From Octopus vulgaris (taxonomy: Eukaryota): a stretch of DNA of 64,000 nucleotides. The stretch is taken from contig OX597820.1 in assembly GCA_951406725.2 (NCBI GenBank), positions 92,318,001 to 92,382,000 of the forward strand. Reading direction: 5' to 3'. How positions within the stretch are numbered: the first letter of the stretch is position 1; the number at the start of each line of letters is the position of its first letter. The position numbers and the translations under genes are program-made. Below are positions 52,146 through 64,000 of this stretch, piece after piece. Below the pieces are notes generated by a model. It saw only the letters and a list, made by a program, of their open reading frames with translations. It was not told the origin of the DNA and ran no database searches.

Positions 52146-53367
52146 ACACAATAATCATATCGAAAGGTATGTTGTCATGTCACTATTCAGAATGTGTGTG
52201 TGTGTGTGTTTTAGGCTTCTGTCATGTGAGATATGGAATCCTGTGTTTAGACGTCACTAATGGATAAACTGTTTGAACATTTCGTACTAGTTTAAATGAC
52301 AAGTGTATTGCATTGGTCTTCTGCAGTATTATGATACCCCAATACTATGAAAAATTGTTTGTTTTCTTGTCATTAATAATGGACGTTCACAAAAAGGCTT
52401 TGATGCAGATGTTATAAGCGAATAATTGGTATCCACTGTTTATAAGGAGTAAATACTCGGTAAGTTTATGTGAAAATATTGACAATCATTAACACCATTT
52501 AAAAAATTAAATTGCTTGGAAATATTCAAATATCCCAGGAATGAACAACTGGACACTATAGTAACATTTATAATTTCATAATGATGGTAAATTACAAATT
52601 TGTAACTTAAAACACATTTCACACGAATATCCATCACTTGGGTTGTGTATGAAATAAGGTAAAACATGGGTACTTGAAACGTGTGCAGACCTTTTTTTTT
52701 GTCACGAAAATCATCTGAAGTGTTTGGCCATATTAAACTGACATTGTATGTGATTGTGGTGTCTTTTTTAGTATATAGATTCCTAATACTACACCCCGAA
52801 GGGGTCTCCGATTATGTGCTACACTATGACTTTGCACGCGTAGCACTAAACAGATAGAGTATGTCAGCAACAACTGTGTGCATAGGGAAAGGATTAACAA
52901 AAATGACTACTAAAATATCAGTCAGAGAAATGTAGTTGTAGATTCACAGAGAAGCAATATATTACACTCCCCAGTACGCAAAAATAGAGAATTCTTTAAA
53001 ATATTATAACTGAAGGTTTCATAATTTCCAGAGTTACAATTTGCCGATTATATACCTGGCAACAGTAGCCAGAGGGAAGTTATGGGAGCGGTTATACGAA
53101 TGGGAGTATATATATATATATATATATATATTTAAGCATGTGGTTGACTGCTACTGAATTGCAGAGAATCGCTTCTAGCTGAAGAATTTATATCTATATT
53201 ATATTAAACAGTGAAGAGCATACATATATTTCTATATAATTCTTTTATCTGTTTTTTAACTTCCATGCGATAAAGTTCGTAAAGTCGCTTGTAGCATTAT
53301 TTCGTTTTCCCTTTGAACTCATCATCACGATATAACTCGGCACTTGGAATTAAGCTAAATTTATTTC

Positions 53368-53431
53368 TTCTTTTTCTTCTTCTTCTTCTTCTTCTTCTTC
53401 TTCTTCTTCTTCTTCTTCTTCTTCTTCTTCT

Positions 53432-53466
<35 letters not shown>

Positions 53467-53486
53467 ATCCTCTTCTTCTACTTCTG

Positions 53487-53523
<37 letters not shown>

Positions 53524-53622
53524 GACCACTACTACTGCTGCTGCTGCTGCTATTACTACTACTACTACTACTACTACAACTACTACTACTATAGTGCTGC
53601 TGCTATTGCTACAACTACTAAC
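53368..53622. repeat. (CTT)n(CTA)n(CTG)n compound microsatellite
   Basis: Directly visible. Confidence 0.95.
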
Positions 53623-53998
53623 AGCAGAGAAAAAGTGCTGGAGAGAAACTTGCTAGAGGGGTGTAATATACTTCCAATGCAGATTTGTTTGGCATAAAAG
53701 TTGTTTGCGTAGATGCAGTTGTGAAATACAAAATCTTGATCTCCTATGTTCTTTCCAGATGCAAAAATGAAATTTCTCGCTGTATTTTCGTGTTGTATTA
53801 TCCGTCGGGGTGATTTAGGTTCGTTATCATTATTTCCACCTCAGCGTGGCATATTGCCACCAGTTTGTAAGGATATTGTTAGAAATACTACCATAGTCAT
53901 ACAAAAACTTGGTTGACTGCTACTGGGGAGGAGAGAATTGCATCTAGCTTTAAGCATATTGAGTGAAGTAACAAATAATTTCCTTTTGCAAATAAGTA

Positions 53999-54518
53999 CC
54001 GTAAATCCTCGCTTATAATCCGCCCTTGAGTATAATACGCAGGGGATTTTTAGCGGGCTGTACCTCTGAAAACCTAAACATGGTGTATAATACGCACCTC
54101 TTCTCTAACTTGAGTCGAGGAGGTCTATATAACGTCCTTGTTTTGTAACATATATATACGGTAATGTTCTTTATTATTATTGTATATATAACATAATGTA
54201 AACGTGTAGCTTTTTTGTACATTTTGTTTGCAGAAAATAAATAAATAACAGTAATAAGAGTAATAACGTTTAATAAATGTTGCTTACTGCAAGTTATGGA
54301 TGATTCTTTTATGACTTCATTGCTTTCGGCTTAGCTTAAGTTATTTTCGCGCCCGACATCACAAAATGCATCTGAATAAACATCGCCGGACAGCAAATAG
54401 AGATTCGGATATTGCTTAGAAAATATTTTTCATTTTTAACCTCGTATATATTACGCACTAGGGGTTTTGAACTTTAAATTTTGGCGAAAAATTGCGGATT
54501 ATACTCGAGGATTTATGG
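53999..54518. mobile_element. MITE of pogo/Tc2 (Tc1-mariner superfamily) type
   Basis: TA-flanked TIRs ccgtaaatcctcgcttataatccgc and gcggattatactcgaggatttatgg. Internal tataatacgca repeats; no ORF. Confidence 0.88.
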
Positions 54519-54581
54519 TAATCATTTTGTCAACAAAATAGAAACGTACATGCATACAAGCATACATACATGCATACATAG

Positions 54582-58620
<4,039 letters not shown>

Positions 58621-60883
58621 ATACATACATACATTAAAATACATACATACATTACATACATACAAATATGTCGTTAAATTTGTGAGTCATTAAAATGTTT
58701 GTTATGCAGTATAAGTGAGATAGTATTGTTGATGATAATCTTCCAAATTCGGTTGTTCAACTTCGCAATTCCGTTAAACACGTCCAGTAGAAGATATGCT
58801 GAGCGTTGTGGGAAACCGTGTAGTCTAACATAAAATATGGTGGTGTATATTTCTGATCACGTGCTTTATATTTTCTGAAATTTATTACTGCAGTTCATAC
58901 AGCAACAACAGGATATTGGATTTGCAACTTATGATATGACTATCAGAGAAGGATGAAAGACCTTCCTATAGTAACAGCGAAATAATACCTAGAAGGAACT
59001 GGTCATTAAAAGCAACTCCGTTATTGCAGATGGTTTAAGAGATTTATCGAATACAAAAATGCTGATGTGGTGGACGGAAACAAATTTACAAACAAAATGG
59101 GATTCTGGTTACGTTAATTCCCAAAACACGCAGTTGTGTTCATCAGATCCTCAAAATCTGTGTGAATTTTTCTGCGTGTTTTAAAAATTTATGTCTGCGA
59201 TTTTCAGTCTATGCACTCTTAGCTATACTACACGTATTCCGTGCTAGTGGCTACATGTTGAATATGGCTATGCAAGTTTTGAAATAATGATTTTCGTGGA
59301 CTGCATATCTGAAAATAACTTGTATTACATTCATTCACCAAATCTAAATCTACCTCACCTTTATGTATAATGTACAGAGAGCGGTAAACTCTGGAAACTT
59401 ATAAATAACATTATCCAAAAAATATATATACAAACTGAAAATGAAGCTTTCAATAACAGTGAAAACTTAGATCATAATTTGTACTGAGGCTAAACGATAT
59501 AGCGTTCAATTTCATATATGCTTCCCTGCCGAAACTTTTCTCTGCATTTAGCATTGCCCACACACACACACACACACACACACACATTTATATATACGTA
59601 TGTATGTAATTATACGTATATATTTATATGCATATATATGTGTATGTATGTGTGTATGTGTGTGTGTTTGTGTGTGTGTGTGTGTAATTTTGGGGACCAA
59701 TGGGCATATGTCAAAATGTGTTGACTAGTCTTTATTCAGTACGACGATCATTTCGACCCACCCTGCAACAGTCTGTTACAGTTAGGATTTTGCGCCTCTA
59801 ATTGTCTTACATCAGTTTGTGCATTTTCTGTTACATTAAGTACATGTATAAATAAGGGGATGTCCTACTAAGTATACTAAGAAGTCTTAGGCATGTTGTT
59901 CCTACCTGGTGCATCTTGGTTATTGCCAGCTACAACTGTCCGTGGGTATATAACGTAAAGTTAAAGTGATTGAATATAGACAGTACAACCTATCAAGGAA
60001 AGATTCTATACTACATAGGGATCCTTCACTCCTCTGATAATTATGCATAAAGTTGCTACGCCTTTACATGCTTACACATGCATATAAACGTAAAGTATCC
60101 AGATACTAGCATGTTTCAGAGCCACTGAATACGAAACTTATCCCAATTATTCCTATATTCATTTATTTTTGCAACCGACTGCTTATATAATATTTATTAT
60201 TATCTCAACATAGTCTCAGTTTCTCGAATTTGTGGTGTTATATCGCCCTGAAGAAATGCTAGTGATTACAAATATTACATAGAAATACATATAGACATAC
60301 GTGTATGTTTTATAAATATATACACACATGCACATACTCATTATTCATGAATAGGAGAGAGTGAGAAAAGAGGGAGAGATATTAGTGAATAGGTTTCCGC
60401 AAGTATACGTTATGTGTGTGTTTAAGTTCATAATTGAATTTGGACTGGTATGATTGAGTATTTAGTATTGTTTTATATGAATATTAATAACGCATTTCCT
60501 TACTGAATATGTCTTTCAATTTCTTACTGAAAATCAAATAATTAATAATTCTCTTTCCACCCAAACCATGCTTCCTCTGCTCCCTCTCCTTGTTTTCTCA
60601 TACATACATACCTACCTCCATACAAACATACACTCATATATATATATATATATATATATATTGATGTATATTTATCTTCCTGTATCTCATTTGAATGTTT
60701 GTGAAGATAATTTGAATCATAAATTTGTATACTGTCAGGAATAGTCGTCTTCAATAACTGAAAATGAAATCATATTTAATAAAATGAACTGCAAACAGAG
60801 AAGTCTTGAAGCATACAATTTGTTAATATTTATATATTTATTTACTCATGTGTAATTATTTATTTATTACGTATTGAATAATT

Positions 60884-60914
<31 letters not shown>

Positions 60915-61534
60915 GGTGGGGGGTGTATTAAATTCATTTTCTCATAATATATTATTGTTTCATTCTCGTTTTTGTATATATACTTCATAAGTGTCTTCTA
61001 TTTCAGTGTTAGTAAACAGATTAGGGTTTTATTCCAAGAAATTGCAATATTTATGCAAATGTATATAATATAGAGTTTTACTGCTTCCTATCGAAATTAA
61101 TAAATCGCAATATAAATATTGTTGTCCATTAGTTTTTCAAAGTATCCAACAAAATTTGCAAATATGAAGAATAGTTATCAATATACTATCATATATATTT
61201 TAATATCTTTATCTATTTTTAGACTATACAGCAAAATGTTCCAGCAAGATGTGTAAATCAGAAATGTTATATGCAAACATGTTGGACAGCGAAACATAGC
61301 AGTGATTTGTAGTCGAATTAACGAGTTCATGTCTGGCGTTTTGGCATTAAAAAACGTTCAGCTGCTTTTATGTGTATTGCTGTTGCTACTGTTAGTGCTA
61401 TAATAATGACAACGACGAAGACGGCGACGATGACGATGATGAAAGATAAGAGGATGGGGACAACAACGAGTGAAAATATAGTACGTCTGAGGACTAGCTA
61501 ATTTCAAGTATGTAGGTCAAACGGCTCATTATAC

Positions 61535-61805
61535 CAATTTCTTTACTAACCACAAGGGGCTAAACACAGAGAGGACAAACAAGGACAGACAAACGGATTA
61601 AGTCGATTATATCGACCCCAGTGCGTAACTGGTACTTATATAATCGACCCCGAAAGGATGAAAGGCAAAGTCGATCTCGGCGGAGTTTGAACTCAGAACG
61701 TAGCGGCAGACGAAATACCGCTAAGCATTTTGCCCGGCGTGTTAACGTTTCTGCCAGCTCGCCGCCTTATTTTGCCCGGCGTCCTAAAGTTTCTGCCAGC
61801 TCGCT
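61535..61805 (-). mobile_element. SINE family B, best-preserved copy, with duplicated head
   Basis: actggtacttatataatcgaccccgaaaggatgaaaggcaaagtcga.ctcggcggagtttgaactcagaacg..tttctgccagctcgccgcc. Head repeated at 61769-61806. Core resembles the Meta-SINE domain (from memory). Confidence 0.9.
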
Positions 61806-62121
61806 GCTCATTATAGGCCCCAAATGAAACTAGGTAGCTGCTAAGAGAAACGCACATATACGTGAATACCACGGATTTCTGCTCTATTTCCGTTTATCAT
61901 ATTTCACACGAAAATCATTCGTCTACTTGGAGTTATAACATAAGCTTGCCTAAGAAGTTATGCAGTTGCACAGAAGAGAACATAAAGTGGTTACCAAATA
62001 AACTGCTTAACAAGACAACCACGATCGAACCTTAGATTGGTAGATTGAGGTCAAATCTCTATTATTGCATCAAAGTGCAACTCATTTAGTTTACGTAGCA
62101 TAACGTAAATAACTATAACTC

Positions 62122-62555
62122 AGTGGCTTTGCGAGAGTGTGGTAAGAAGTTTACTTCCCAACCACATGGTTCCGGATTCAATCCCACTGCATGGCACCGT
62201 TGGCCACTGTTTAACTACTACATTTTCTGGCCGACTAAAGCCTTATGGGTGGATTTGGCAGACGGAAACTGGCTGATCGAAGCCTTGTGAGTGGATTTAG
62301 TAGACAGAATACATATATTTCTATATATACGCGCGTGCGTAGTGTGTGAGTGAGAGTGTTTGTCCCACGCCAGAGCATTAACGGTGCTGGTGTGTTTATA
62401 TCCACGTAGTTTAGCGTTTCGGCAAAAGATATCAATTAAATAAGTACCAGACTTTAAAAAGTAAATATAGAGGTCAATTCATTCGACTATAAATTTTTTG
62501 AAGGCGGCGCGCCCCAGCATGGCCGCAGGCTGATGTCTGAACCAAATAAGGGATT
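62122..62555 (+). mobile_element. SINE family A copy with duplicated core segment
   Basis: gtgtggtaagaagtttacttcccaaccacatggttccggattcaatcccactgc; gccttatgggtggatttgg and gccttgtgagtggatttag in tandem; ccagcatggccgcag. Confidence 0.87.
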
Positions 62556-63851
62556 AAGAAATAAAATACAAACAAAATAGAACATTTCAGCTCGAATTCC
62601 CAAATGGCCGAATTACCCTTCCGACATACTGGGGTAGCTGGCATAAAGTAACTATCATGAAATGCTAGAAACGTTGGCCTCTGCATTTAGTGAGAAAAAA
62701 TATTGCACTCGACCTGTTACGAAATTTCTACCAAATTTCATACAGTCTTAAAAGCAAGATAGTATGGGTAAAATGTTCTCAGATTAGTATGTGTAGAATG
62801 TTCTCAGATCATTCGATAGGAAGTTAATGACTGGAATGCTTTTAACATATATCTGCTCAGTCAAGATTCACCTGGAATTACGTAGAATGTCAAACAGATA
62901 ACAATTTGGGTTTTGTATGTAAGTTGAGCATTGAAATTGCTTTGCTTAGCAAGTTAAGAATGAAAAAAAAAAACACATTTCATATGAACAAGTCAGTGTT
63001 TCCATGTTCAATACAATATGCATTAAAAGAATAATTAGAAATAATTCTACGATGAGGAAATACAATATTACTTAATTACTAACATTAGTTCTTTTATTCT
63101 AAAGGGTAGGAACATGTATCGATGTTATTAGACCGTTACATCTAGCACAGACATTACTGTTCTGCCGAAGTTGTGATAAGAGACTCACGAAGTAAATGTA
63201 CAATTGTATACACGAGTAGGCGTGAAATATTCCCATATTTCACTGAGAAAATTACTAGGAGAAATTATTCAGACAATAGACAAACTACAGACGCCAAAAT
63301 TACGTATATCACGAGCAAAACAGCTTATGATTACTTTTACCCGTATAATGTCTAACAATATATAAAAGTATAAAAGTTTTCTATAAAACAACCAAACTTC
63401 TAAACACAATTTACAAATATTCTTAGATATTTTTTTAAGAAGATTTCATTTATATTTGCACACAATTTGTTTTATTTTGTTGGTGGTGATTCTTGTTGGC
63501 TTCGTTTTTGTTCTTTATTATTTAACAGTGATTAGTTCACATGTGTGTATATGCGTGAACAGCGAATCTTTCCGACTAACAAAAGAAAGGTAATTAATTA
63601 TCATTTATGCTATGTCGGTGTTACATCGTATTTGTGAACATACAATTTCCACAAAACAGGGAAATGTTTAACAATTCACGATGTGTATTCGTGCAGAAAA
63701 ACAATCTAAAAATAAACAAGCAAAACATGAAGAAATACACACGCACATACATACACACACACATTTACATATATATACATATATACATACGTAAATATAA
63801 ATGCATACATACGTATATATATATATATATGTGTGTGTGTGTGGATACATC

Positions 63852-64000
63852 ATTTACATTAATTGCATTATTTACATTTGACGTATATTTGTCCTCATCT
63901 TGTTTGTTGTTAATACAACTTTTCGGCTGATACACCCTCCACATTTCATCAGGTATCCTGGGGAAATTTCGAACGTGGATTCTCATTCCTAAGGTATTTA
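63852..64000 (-). mobile_element. pLTR-like element end with hammerhead (runs off the window)
   Basis: Starts after (TG)n with attta.att repeats and contains the hammerhead motif at 63912-63957. Confidence 0.55.
63912..63957 (-). ncRNA. Degenerate type I hammerhead motif
   Basis: Minus strand: GAUAC CUGAUGA aauguggaggguguaucagcc GAA AAGU U^GUAUU. Core and stem I intact; stems II and III mutated. Confidence 0.55.

Overview
AT-rich, microsatellite-saturated eukaryotic DNA. The SINE, LINE and Penelope repertoire suggests a coleoid cephalopod such as Octopus; this is an inference from family resemblance, not a database result. No intact host gene is visible, and most long ORFs in the track are translations of (TA)n, (CA)n, (TAA)n or (TAG)n repeats. 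Supported content: three tRNA-derived SINE families; several R4/Dong-type (restriction-like endonuclease, RLE) LINE copies sitting in (TAA)n or (TACA)n microsatellites; two Penelope-like (RT + GIY-YIG) remnants; RTE remnants; four decayed mariner elements; one pogo/Tc2-like MITE; and a 3' fragment of a cytosolic HSP70 (GGMP repeats, EEVD). There may also be a decayed multi-exon gene on the minus strand. The most notable signal is five type-I hammerhead ribozyme motifs plus one remnant, all on the minus strand. One lies downstream of the Penelope ORF. The others lie in short non-coding modules, including a 210-bp unit with a perfect 13-bp target-site duplication and a module with an extended, well-paired hammerhead. 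Together they suggest a diverse set of small ribozyme-bearing non-autonomous retroelements (retrozyme or solo-pLTR-like).
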